DNA of 64,000 nt from Blasia pusilla. Its lineage: Eukaryota. This document shows positions 8,042-19,924 of the stretch, piece by piece. Location: contig CM114271.1 of assembly GCA_050084515.1 (NCBI GenBank), forward strand, positions 21,514,001-21,578,000, given 5' to 3'. The first letter of the stretch is position 1; every line of letters begins with the position of its first letter. The position numbers were made by a program, and so were the translations under genes. Below the pieces are notes generated by a model that saw only the letters and a program-made list of their open reading frames with translations, did no database searches and was not told where the DNA came from.

Positions 8042-10731
8042 CGCTTCCTCTGCAATCTCCTCTTAACGTGATGCAGGAACTCCAACTCCGCGCTCATATA
8101 GTGAAGCGGCCAGCCAAAAAGCCTCGGCGGGCGTACCCCCCAACGTCATAACATCGGAAGCAGAAAATAAAGGAGTGCGATACACAACGGTGGCCGCCCC
8201 CAACAGCGTGCTCGACACATGCCCCTCCTGAGCATCAACATTAGGAGTCCTCGTACTTGCTTCTCCCATCACCCTCTATGCCTGCACACCAACAACATCA
8301 CCAACTCTCCAAGAACTCTGATCAGGACCCATCGATGGGGTCCTCATTGCCTCGGACAACGTGAAAGATTGAGGAAGCCTAGTCTATTTTCGGGCTTCCC
8401 CTCGTTGTGGATCCAACTCTGCGGCTCCTCTATTGGGGGCATATCACCCACGCAGTACATGACTCGACATGAGTTGGTGGTTAGACTCCAGCAAGAGCAT
8501 GAGTCGGATAGTGTGATGGTTTAGGGTCGGGCGATTACGACACCGACGGAGTCGTATGATGCGTTGGTAGGGAGTACAATGTTGTATCCCCTTGGGTTCA
8601 TTCTGGATTTTTGGGAGGAGAAGGTTTCTTATCGGCCAGGGTGGCAATCAAGTGATGGACGGGTGAGCCATCTATTGGTGTTTGAAGGGAATAGTGGTGG
8701 TTCGACCACGTGAGGATACAGTGACCACGTTGGTAACATTCATAGGTGTTGTTCGCTGATCATGAGGGTTTGGAGAGAGGAGCACACATGTAGAGGACAT
8801 TCTCGTAGCAGATAGTCCCACGGAGAGACATGTCAGGGTGGGTGTCTCTTCCCATGGTGCAGAGCTTCTTTATTGTTGTTGGAGATGATCGTTGAGATGC
8901 ATGGAGTGCAGATGAGCTTGTGAGGCAGGTGTGGAGCCGTGTCTATGTTTGGAGTAGGGCACGAGAGTGTTAGATCTCTTTGAAGGGATCAACACGGCGG
9001 GTTGCTGCAGTGTGGCAATGTTTCAGGGACGACGACACCAATGGTGCTAGATGTATATAGGATAGTAGATCATGTGAAGTACATAGGTGTTGACTATCTG
9101 GAGTTAGGGGGACCCAATTGCCAGCTAGGGGGGCGATTGTGGGGTCTCGATGTATATGTGTGAGTTGGGAAGATCGGTGTTGTGTGGTGTGTAGATGTGA
9201 CCAGCAATGTGGGTTGTGTAAGGATGTGTATGCGCACGACAACTGTCACATCTTAATAGCCAATAGGTAGAGATCTATCGTGGCGACGGCATAGAGAGCC
9301 AGCCGATTGTTTCTGAGTGTAACTTCGTCCCGAGGTGTCGGATGAGGTTGAGGATAGGTTCGTTGTGTCAAGAACGTCGTTTCTGACGACTTTCTTGTTG
9401 GGGTCTTTCATAGTCACCCCCCCTGGTAACTTGTGTGTGCAGGTTACCAGGGGGTTGCTATTTTTAGGTCTCACACCTATATAAGGGAGGAAGATGGTTT
9501 TCCCGTTGGAGTATCATTCTTGCTCGTGTGTGTGAGTTAGGATTGATTACTAGCGTCTGGATTCCTTGATAGCACATGGTGGATGAGGCTCGATATGCTG
9601 ATGAAGATTGAGGAATGGATTTTTAGGCCGGGTGTGCCATTTTAGGGGGGCGGTTGTGGGGTATCGATGTATATGTGTGAGTTGTTTGGTTTATGGATGG
9701 ATCGACCCGTGTGTTGGGAAGATCGGTGTTGTGTGGTGTGTAGATGTGACCAGCGATGTGGGTTGTGTAGCGATGTGTATGCGCACGACAGCATCGATAT
9801 ATCCTTACAACTTGGTACTTTGGTTGTTGTCAAAGTGGCCAAAATTGGTCCTATGTGCAATATAGTGCATAGAAAGCACAAAAGCGTTAACCTTTTGCTT
9901 CAATTTGGATATTGGCACGTTGTGACTCCCTACTATAGTTGACGCTCTATTCAAGCCAAAAGCCTCCATTGTTGTACTCTCTAGTCGCAAGTCTTTGATC
10001 AGATCCAACTTATTATCGATAGTAGCAGCATTTGACCATTTATCTGGACATTGCATTGCATCAATGCGTAGAAATGAACTCTCAACTTCCTCCTCTTCTG
10101 ACTACGTAAAAAATACAACCGGATGCCATGTTATAGAAATATCACTTGACTCATTGATCGTGATATCAATTTTCAAAAAAAGGGAATCTCTACATTTTGA
10201 TATTGGTCTTTATGACAAGAACCATGCTAATGTAGTAGCATATATCAATGCAACTCTTCTCATATTCATACAACTCTCTAGTGATTGGTGCATTCCAAAA
10301 AAAAAATATCTTACTCAAAATACTCAAAATCAAGAATTTAGCAAAAGCCAAGACTTCTTTTATTGTATGCACGCATACTTAAATAAAGTCAACATAGCAA
10401 CATCACGAGTTCGATTAGTACTAGAGATGGCCTTGGTCATGGATCTATTCCCATGAGAGCTTCATATGTTCCTTAGATTTTCCATGATATGTAAGGGCTG
10501 AAGCCTTTATGGCACAATTTCTTGTAAAAAACTTTGCACAAAATCTTACCACTTTCTACATGAAATTCTATCTAATTCAATAAAGAATACCACAAATCCT
10601 TCCAAGCTTCAATTCTTATTGGCTATGCCTTCCGAATGTGCATTTTTCTATCCACTTTCTTCTCATATCATATGATAAACATGATCTACTTGTATGCTCT
10701 AAACTATCTTTCTACAATCCTTATTCAACAT

Positions 10732-10832
10732 CTCATTCATAATTCTCCATCTCTTGGCCATCTAAAGGTGGTAGATCTTCCCTCATTCATAATTCTCCAT
10801 CTCTTGGCCATCTAAAGGTGGTAGATCTTCCC
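10732..10832. repeat. Perfect 50-bp tandem duplication
   Basis: ctcattcataattctccatctcttggccatctaaaggtggtagatcttcc occurs twice in tandem. Confidence 0.9.
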
Positions 10833-12372
10833 CCATCCCTTTGGATGCATAGAATGGACCAATGAAAATAGAATAACTTCTACTCCATATCACAACCCTA
10901 AACAAAGCAAGTGAGTGGCTGAAATGAAGTGGTGATAGTTGGGGAAGCTATGGTAGCGACGGTCTTCAAACCCTAAACTAAGTTTGGGACTATTTGAAAG
11001 GACGTGCATTTGAAAACAGCGTGGAATGTAAGAGTGCCTCCTTCGCGTTTACGTTAACAGTTCAGACTTGATAGGAGTCTGAAAACGTCTAAAGATGAAA
11101 GAAAAATTGCCAGTGCTGTAGGTTTAGGACGGTCAAGACGGAGCCGAACTCGTTGCGGCGAGCAAAGACTCGTACGAACACAAAGCGGATCGTAAAGCCG
11201 AATACGAAAAGCACTGAAGAAAAAACAAACTGAGCAAAGACCGCAGAGCAAGCGCAACGAAGGCACTACAAAGTATGGACTGGGGAATGCGAGGACTAGA
11301 GCACGAGCTAGTTGCTACGTGAGTCGAGACACCAGAGCGGATGCTGAGTGCCCGCGGAGTGGCGGAGAGGCTAAAAGCACGAAGTAGGCAACAAAGATGA
11401 GGTCGCAGTACCGATTGGCGTCGACAGTGGAGACTCATTACTCGTGAGCACTGCACTGCGGATTGAGCGAAGTGAGTGAGGTGCAGCGGAGAGAGCAGAG
11501 TGAACAGGCGCAATGGAGCTGTCGAGTGCAGACTCGCGGAGTAAACAGATTGCGGGGTAGAGCTGAATTGAAACAGAGACGAGATATGATGCGCGAAATT
11601 CCACCTGACGGATCCCAAATCGATCGCTAACTCGGTTGCCCCCAAGGAAAAACATGTGACGTGCAGAAGAGTTTGAAAATCTCATCACAAAATTATGTTG
11701 CCTAGAGGTACGAGCACGCGAATCCGTGACGGATGGACAAGAACGACCGCTGCAAAAGTGTGGAACATGAGGAAACCAACCGGAGAGAACGTTTCAACCC
11801 TGTCTAAATGTCATTGGAAATAATGTGAGTAATTTCACTTCCGGAAGCTTCAAGGATAGTTGAGAACTTTTCATGTGAATCTCACAAGAATCTTACTCTT
11901 AGTATTCCGAGCAATACTAACGTCCCTCTCCCAACAGATTCATTTCTTCGTCAGTTTCCTTCAGTTGGGGTTCAGAGGAAACGTCCATCTCAAGTTTTCG
12001 CTCTGTTGTAGGACTGGGAAATTTTCGAGATGGCAGCCCAAAACGCTTAGAGCCTGAGTGGAAGTCGAAGGTTTCCCACGCGACGTTTGTTCTTTAAATG
12101 CACTGTACGAGAGCCTATCATCTCTACCACCATACAACGAGTCCTCTTGCAAAACTTATATGTTTCGCCCCTCAGGAATCCAAGCGCGGCTCCAATCAAT
12201 TAATCCAGGCTTAAAGCTGAAATGTCAATACGCCCCACTTACCACATCCATCCTCATGCAAATGGTTTGCAACGACCCTTTTCTTTGAGACATCTGTTCC
12301 ACTGACTATGGGAACACCTTCTGAAGATTGATTCCTATCTACAAATCTCCGAATGCAACCCTCAACTTCTTT

Positions 12373-15300
12373 CTACTCCGCCATCTCTTTCTTCTTCTTC
12401 TTCTCCTTCTCCTTCTTCTCCTCTTCCTCCAGAAGGATATTTTTCAATGCTTCATAGCACATAAACGACAGCCCGGCTGCCGGTACAAGCTTAAGACAGC
12501 TGGGCCCAAGACCCCTGTACAAACCAGCCAGTCCCTCCTCTCGAAACACAGAAACCAAACAATCTAATGTATTCCTGTACAGTGGTCTCCCTTTAAGAGC
12601 GCCAACCTGCATCCGCTTACGAGCAACTTCTAGGGGAAATGTGGCAGAGCTAGCAATAGCTCCAGCTAGTGAACCGATCAAAAGAGTTTGAAAATTGCCG
12701 ATATGGTCTGTCTCGAAGCACCTTTTGTAGAGAGAGCGCAAATAATCATAGGCAAAATAATTCGTACCAGCGTATGGGACTATACCGACCACGCTCGGCC
12801 CAAGCCCCCGATATAGCTCCGCAAAGCCTTCCTCGCGGACTATCCGCCATAACGCATGGGAAAAACTGCGATACTCTTCTGGCTGTTTCTCCAATTCGAA
12901 ACAAAGAAACGCATGCATCAGGACCACAGGGATGTTACTTGCTGTGACAGATTGATTTTGGTTTCGAATCGGAAAAAAAAATTTGACGGGGACTCTCAAC
13001 AGTGCTATCTGAACATCTTCTTACGAACTCTGAACACAATATATGCTCCATTACGCTTTCCAAGTTTCCTGCCCTCGTCCATAAACTCCACACCCTTTGC
13101 ATTCGAAATTTACGAATCATCACCGTAGATAATACACAAGACCCTCGGATATCAAAAGAAAAATTTGATTCAATACTGTACAAAAACTTTCACAGATCTC
13201 ATTAACGTGACCTTCCGAAAAGTTAGAACAAAGTGCACAACCCTTCAAAGACCAAGTTACCAAACAAGTGAGCATGACAATGCCTCCTAGAAACCTATTT
13301 AACCTTCCAAATATCCATTTCGCACCGTTTCTGCGACTAACTACGGGATGAACGAGAAGAGTTTGCTAGCTCTCATTCTCTATTCGGCAGAGAGCCTATT
13401 GGCCTTTAGGACCCTTCCATATGTGTGGCTTGGCGTCCCCTCTATCTAACCACGGGCTGAACTAGAGAAGATTGATGGATCTCAGTGTCCAGTCCGCAGA
13501 AGCCTATGGGCAACAAGTCTATGTATGGGCACTGGCGTCTCAACCATCTAACCACCAACCGAAGAAGCAATGCTTTGTTGGTTTCATTTTCTAGGGCCAT
13601 GGGCAATGCACACTTTTTCCTGTGGTTGTGACAACCCCCAATGTCAGAACCAGTTATTGAACTCACGACTCTATTGGGAGGATGTTAGAAAAGTTCCACT
13701 GGACTCAGCAGCCATCCACCTCTGGAGTGTTATTGTCCGAATGGGAAACCACACTCAAATCATCTATTATAATCTGTTGGGTAACTTCAGGTGGGAATTG
13801 AAGGGTCCAGTGATCAGGGCTGAGTAGGTCCGTCTGGGTTAGAGTAACAGGAGGTGATTCTCTTGGCGTGTCTAGTCTGGTATTGGTCTATACGACCAAA
13901 TAGATCCCAATTGGGATAATTTTGGGTACCGGTCGCTGGCACCTTGCCTCTACAACCCTGGGCAGGTCGAGAATGGGTGGCAGTCATACTCCACGCTTCT
14001 GACACCATTGTTGTGCTAACAATACAATAAACTTGGGTCAAAAGTCTTCCTTTTGGGACGGTGTTTCCTACGAGCTATCTCCGTCATCCTATAGGTGATC
14101 TCAGAGAATTTCTTCTCATATTTCGCAGTACACACCATGGTGACTGTGGAAACGAAAACTAACTGGAAGTTAGCATTCCCTCCAGAGAAGAGAGTGCACT
14201 AACCACGGATATGTACGTCGCTATCATCCTGCCATTGAACTAAAAGAAAGCGTATGAAGAGACGCAACAAAAAGTGTAAAGACCATTATTGCATGTGTCT
14301 TAATATAAGTGAGAGGACCATTATGCCATGTGTCCAGGCATTTAAAAGATACGTGACAAAGTCGTGGAGAACGTCTTGGTAAGGGATAATTGAAATAACC
14401 TGAATGGTAAGGCGTGTTTTGAGAAGCTCCAGAGGATACATCAACACTGTGGAACTGATTCCTGCTGCTGAGCCAGCTATTGATGAAGCGGGAATTTTGA
14501 GACCAGCTTCTCCTTCCTTTGGTGTCAAAGCGACTTTCAACTTATCAAATACGAATAGCTGATACAAGGTAAAACAGATAAGGTTAAACCAAGATTTAGT
14601 ACGTTGTTCTTCACAATGTCGGACCCAAGAACTTGACGGCACTAAAACATTGTCCTCACTGAGAGATGAGAAAAAACTGCCAGAAAGTCGTCAATGAACA
14701 CTCCTATCCGAAGCCAATAGACGGGTTTCCTCAAAATTAACAGACAATTATTCAGTTTGAGAGCTTTGGAATTCCAATGCTCTCATTTGAGACTCTGCGT
14801 GAAGACAACATATTCATACTCAAAGACATCGTGTATTTAAATCTTGGCCAATTAAACACTTTCAGGTTTAAAATTTCACCTCGATAGCTTTGCTTGGAGC
14901 CACCCTGATGACATTGATGGTGTTACCGCGAAAGAGCCCTGTCCAACCTTCATTCTCCAAGATCCACTCCATAACGCCTTTGATGGATTTACCATGTCTC
15001 CCAACCATCATATGCGTTCTTATAGTTTCCAATGGAGCTACGGCCGTGCGAGAAAAAGCTCCTGCGATAGCTCCACTAAGCAGTCTTCGCCCATTGCTTC
15101 CTATCTTAATCTGAAATCTAAACCCTTTCCGTCCAGCAGCGTCCGGATGATTCTCACCCGATGATTCATATTCGTCACTAGAACTACAGCGTTCAAAATT
15201 GGTTTGTTTCTCCCGGACAGATTCGTCGAGGGCCAAATGAGTGCATTCATCTACCGAATTGGGAAGGAACTCAGGATGCGGTTTATCCTTCGAAGAGGTC

Positions 15301-15770
15301 ATCGAGCTGAAGTTCGACAGGTCAGGTGTAGACGGATCATATTCAGGTGTCGACCCAGGGAAAAGATGATCCATTGAGTCGTACAGCAACTCGGCACAAG
15401 TTAGTTCGCCGAGTTCTCCTATTTTCCGAATCTTCTGGCTACCACTAAAACTCTCCACGCCGAAAACTGGAGAGTCCTGGCGCGGACCTTCGGACAGCAC
15501 AGCTCCTCTTTTCCTCGACCTCTGCCTTTCAGAAAACGTAACATTCGGCTTGACTTTGGTGCTGAAAACGGGGGGTAAATCTTTCCTTGGAGACGCAGCT
15601 TTTCTGCTGGAAACCTTGAAGAGACTGTGAGAAAAACGGTCGCCATCGGATGTTCGTGACGCATTCAAGCCATTCCAGTTCGCTCGCAGTGGATTGGAAT
15701 TCTTCAACCATGTCACAAACTCCAAAACACTATTAAACGGCGGCTTCAAGTCTAGTGCAGGCCCCGCCAT
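12373..15770 (-). CDS. BT1: Adenine nucleotide transporter BT1 (Brittle1)-like mitochondrial carrier family protein; exons 14880-15770, 14400-14558, 12373-12882
   Basis: Three carrier repeats (APLETIRTH, YPLELLKTR, FPLEVARKR), GLFRGNTINVIRVAPSKAIE, canonical GT-AG junctions in frame, and a long N-terminal extension. Confidence 0.92.
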
Positions 15771-18700
15771 GGAACCCTGCCCTTCGAATCTTCTTCTTCT
15801 CACTCCCTCCCAGTTCTTCCTCTGTCCTTTTCCAAATTCGATTCTCACCGCAACTCAAGCGCTTCGCTCTCCATGTTTCTTCACAATTCGCCCTTCATTC
15901 TGCTGGATCTCCCTACCTTCCACATCCGACGCCGCTTCGCAAAGCCTCCGTCTCCGTATCGCGTTGGCCACTCACTTCTCCGCTGGTGGGCAATATAATT
16001 AAATCACACACACACTCTTATAAAAAGAAAAAATACAGACGACTGACAAATGTTGAAACCCCACCGTTTACCCAACCAACAATCATCTCTACCCTACACT
16101 TCTCACTACTCCTCGGATGTCCCGTGGCAGCGTTGATTCGACGAGTGCGCCTCAAAAGCTTCGAGACGGGCCACGGCCACACGACAGCCAGCCGGACCGG
16201 CTTCCCACGACGCTCCCGCTGTGCCAAGTGTGGACCCAGGTGCCGCCCACTTGGCGAGCTCCCGAGGCTTACACCTTTTCCTGCAGACGGACGCTCCGTC
16301 CCCTTGTACCGAATGCTGATGGGAACCGCGATATGCGGTATTTGTTGAATTTTGAAGCCAGGCTATGGTGGTCGGGGAAGGGGTTGTGGTTTCCCCTTTT
16401 ATCATGTATGTTCGGCAATGCCATAAGGAGTATGTTACAAGTCTAAAGGAGATGGTGAACAAGATTTGATTTATATCGTAAAAGGATATAGATTCATCTC
16501 ACTAACCACAGAAATGTATGGGAGCGGAGATGATGACCAAGGTTTAATTCTATGGTCGTATAAGGATAAAGATTCATCTCCCTAACCATAGAAATGTATG
16601 GGACTACGAGGAACGTTTTTGACGTGTTGGAACACGCCCTGGTCGCGATCAATTTTTTTCAATTGAAAAATGACTTGTCCTTTGACCACTTATAGTGTAA
16701 ACAACTTGTCTCCATCGCTTCGCAACAAACCAATGGGCTTATGAGGGAGGAGCCACTACTAGTCACCATTAAGAAAGCCTCCCAGAGTGTGTGGATAAAC
16801 GAATTGAAATTGAGAAGATGGTCCTTGGGTACTACTGGTTTTACCGGGATTTGTAGTTAATGAATGTGTGCATCTCTTACGTGCAGGTGGTTTATGGCCG
16901 CAGTTTCGGAGGAGGAAAGGATAGGGCCTTGTAGTCAATGACTGCGTGTATCTCTTACGTGCAGGTGGTTCGTTGCCTCGGTTTTACAGGAGAAAAGGAT
17001 AGGGCTTTCATCGATGTTACAGTTGAAGTCCCATCCCTGTTTTGCAGACGTCGTGACTGCTGTGCTGCTCTCTCGTCTTGCAATTCTCTGTGGTTTGAAT
17101 TGTACGGAGTCCGCGAGTAATCTGTCGAGTGCATGAATGCACTGACTACGGCAGACAATGTGCGGCAGTATCACGACCACAAGTATCCTTCGCATAGCCC
17201 CCCCATGGCAAGCTTGTCTGTGCAATGAATAGGTTTGTCATCTACATCATGTACTGTAATGGAACAATGTACTGTCAGGAAAGTAGGAAGCCCATGCGCA
17301 TGCTCTTTATTTCTACAGCTTCAATGCGGCTTCTTACAGGTGGGTGAAATTTGAGGAAACCAATGTATCATTGGGCAGTCGGACGCATCTCGTATGTTGT
17401 CGATCCGGGGATGTCGTTCAGTCGAGTGGAAGTCCGAAAAGTGTTGGAGATCCTAGCCTGAGTAGTATTGGGAGGGGAACTGGACGATGCCTATTGCATC
17501 AATGCCGGAAGGAGGCAGACGAGAAATACTGCAGTGGATAGCGTTCAAGGCGGAGATGAACATCTAGCTAGGATAGTTCCTCCTCTGGCTAACGGCTTAT
17601 GGTCCCAAAGGCTAAGAAAAGCAGTACCTAGCCACTTAACAAACACAAACATCAAAGTACGCTTTGTAGTAAGCAAGCCCAACTCAATCAACTCCACTAC
17701 AACCCGTACATATTGGACAAATTGAACCCTAATTTAGCTGCCTCGCACATTTCTCTTACCTTCTTTTCTAACCCTATCTATCTCTGCTCAAATTCAGCTC
17801 TCATTCATAAATTAAAGTATCTGAAGGAAAGGACTCCACCATCAAGACGTAGAGTGTGGCTAAACCAAATCTTTAGCACTTTTTTCCTTACAACACTCAA
17901 CAGTTCACAAGAAATTCCCGTCATACAAACGTCTCATATCGCCGATGTAAGCACAAACTGGAGTTGCGTACATACCTAAGAACCGATGGGAAGTAGACTC
18001 GCTTGGGACGGCGCTGGTTGAGAATGACGTTTTTTTTTACGCTGGTTGGTTCGCTCTGTTGTAGGTAAATATGGTTGGGCAGGGCTGAAGTCAGCCGAAG
18101 ATGGGGAGAACATTTTCCCCAATAGTTTCATGTTCCAAATCAGCCGTAGAAGACGAATCATATACGTGTTTTCAGTCGGAATACATCGTGGAAAGTGCCT
18201 CGAATGGATCAGCATGTTGAACCCCGAGCATTCAATCGCATTTTCAAGACTCACTTGAACTGCTATTTGCTTCACTCCTCCCTAAAATCATTATACGGAC
18301 TCTGCCACGATGTTCACAACCTCACATGCAGTACACATACAACCAAGTAGCGCTCCAAGGTTTCTCCAGGCTGCGAGCTAATACGAAGAGAGTGGTAGCG
18401 ATTCAGGTCTAGACAGCAAAGTAGGTGAATTCAACGGAGAAAGACACGTAGGGCATGCCACAAGGGTGAGAAGAGGAGATGAGCAGCATTCGACATCCTG
18501 TCCTTGATACGCAAGGCCGCATATTCCAGATTACAATCACGTCGAAGATGGAAGTAGTAGAGGTTCTTGAAAATCTACCAAGACTGGTTGGATATAGAAA
18601 CATTTACATTCTCAAGAGAAGATGCCTTCTTGTTACGAAGAAATGTGTATATGATGCCATGGAATGGTTGACAGATGTGAGATGACAAAATGTTGGTGCG

Positions 18701-19924
18701 ACAATTTTATGACAGAATTTGAGCTTGGACTCTTTTTTTTAATATTGAACGAAGTAGTTTTGTGATGCATCGGGATTAAGTAATGTGCATTAAGGAAGGG
18801 AAGGAACTCAATTAGCCTCGGGCACACCGAAACTGCTCAGAAAATTATTGGGAGCCTGATTAATCTGAACAAGAACACAGTACAAGAAACTCTGAAATTT
18901 AACTGAGCTCCAGCTGTAGCAGCATGCCTCGAGCACAATTGAGTCATACTCCTTCGTGCTAGTTCCTAATCAGTACCCGAGAGATCTTGCCGAAAAGTAG
19001 TCTGTGGGAAATAATTGGCACCCGAGAGATCTTCTCGGAAAAGTAGTCTGTGCTAAAACCAAAGCTACGTTAAACCACCTCAAAAGACACCAACGGCCAG
19101 CTCCAATTGGCGGGAAGATGCTACACTTGGGCAGCGATGGCCATGACTAGATACATTCAGGATTCCCGCCAGAGGATCATTTCCACTCAAGGTGTGACAC
19201 CGCTGTTGACGGGGACGATATTTCTTCGCGAGCACAACCGCATTGGCTAAACCAATCAGCAGTTGTGATTATTTAGAGCTTTGACTATTTATTATTCTTT
19301 CTACCTAGAACCTTGAGAAATTTGCGGAGAACGGAAACAGTGATGTGGTCAATTGCATAGAGGATTGAAGGGACAGAGAAACAGAAAGGAAGTCGGGGAC
19401 TGATTGAATTGGATAACTCTTAACGTGGTGATCCATATCCTTCATGCGGGCTCGACGGGTGTGACTAGCATCAGGAGGTGTGTAAGTGGCGCTCAAGAAA
19501 CACTTGTCGATCCGTGTGATGGGGTGAGTGGACCAAGCAATCCTTTGACTCCTGAAAAGCTTGAAGTCTTAGTTGTGGGTCTGGTTGAAGTGGGAGGATG
19601 TAAAACTCTGGTCTGTTTAACGCTTGAGAATGCAATAGTGGATTTCGGGTGTTGGGCTCCAGGATATAAAGGCTGTAAGTTCATCGCTCATACGATAGAG
19701 ATAGTCACAGAGGATTAGAGTTGCTGTGCTTCGGATCTCCTGAGTTTGATTCGAATTTGTGATAAATCTTGTAGATTTGATTGCAAGGCAGCTTCATGTT
19801 GTTGGGCTCTTCTGGGTTCTGTAAGGATCACTTTCGTCCATGCGTGCTTGATGATGGAAGGAGTTACGGATTTCGGGACAGGGTGCGAGAGCTAAAATTT
19901 CTCGTCTTGTTTGATTCTTTCAAG

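Larger units (their letters stand above)
4123..8428 (-). mobile_element. Inner Ty3/gypsy-like retroelement (family 2): gag remnant-protease-C5 MTase-[RT/RNaseH deleted]-integrase-PHD-PPT-B1-A2-B2; 5' end lost
   Basis: Protease RVLLDSGAQPL (~7830), MTase 6420-7140, integrase 5360-6128, PHD 5077-5220, PPT 4896-4904, B1 4768-4895, 2-nt spacer, A2 4251-4765 (starts TGTCAC on the minus strand), B2 4123-4250 (ends CACGACA). Confidence 0.88.
1211..9790 (+). mobile_element. Outer Ty3/gypsy-like retroelement (family 1) with split terminal repeats, internally deleted, hosting two nested insertions
   Basis: 5' repeat A1 1211-~1667 (tatcac, from TGTCAC). Decayed gag-like + ORF at ~1882-2230 and ~3750-4122. 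Protease C-half ~8430-8680 (ESYDALVGSTMLYPLGFILDFWEEKVSYRPGWQSSDGR). MTase motif I 8958-8996 (GTRVLDLFEGINT). PPT 9127-9136, B1 9137-9241, spacer AC, A2 9244-~9643, B2 9654-9790 ending CACGACA. The flanks rejoin into one hAT reading frame; the TSD is degenerate (ctat/gcat). Confidence 0.8.
150..10450 (-). mobile_element. Degenerate hAT-family (ZNF862/KIAA1586-like) transposase relic, split into ~9791-10450 and ~150-1210 by the 1211-9790 retroelement
   Basis: Minus-strand translation gives ITINESSDISIT (DESTDIS-like), RASTIVGSHN...SMHYIAHRTN (CxxH-like) and KVPSCKDIS. It resumes below 1211 with IEMGSILN...SSKRKYALALLQEKF...KRYHKICWLS, then LANLSKIFQ and a dimerisation-like FSNLLVL...CVVAATGKRAF. 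Many stops and frameshifts. Confidence 0.8.

Noticed and set aside
1211-9790. DIRS/PAT/Ngaro tyrosine-recombinase element
   Set aside because: No tyrosine recombinase motifs were seen. A protease, a DDE integrase, TG...CA ends and a 4-bp TSD are present, and the MTase is C5-type.
9137-9790. TRIM with B as a short LTR (B1-internal-B2)
   Set aside because: The solo at 35333-35915 has its TSD around A+B, and A also forms the 5' end at 1211, so A is terminal rather than internal.
9995-10456. 153-aa plus-strand ORF
   Set aside because: It is the antisense shadow of the hAT transposase relic.
11054-11688. GC-rich segment with overlapping minus-strand ORFs
   Set aside because: The translations are low-complexity and I could not identify termini or splice structure. 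It may be a TE end or promoter; unresolved.
16484-17010. Short duplicated blocks resembling a repeat-spacer array
   Set aside because: Two separate two-copy local duplications (~80 and ~77 bp period). Eukaryotic context with no array structure or cas genes.
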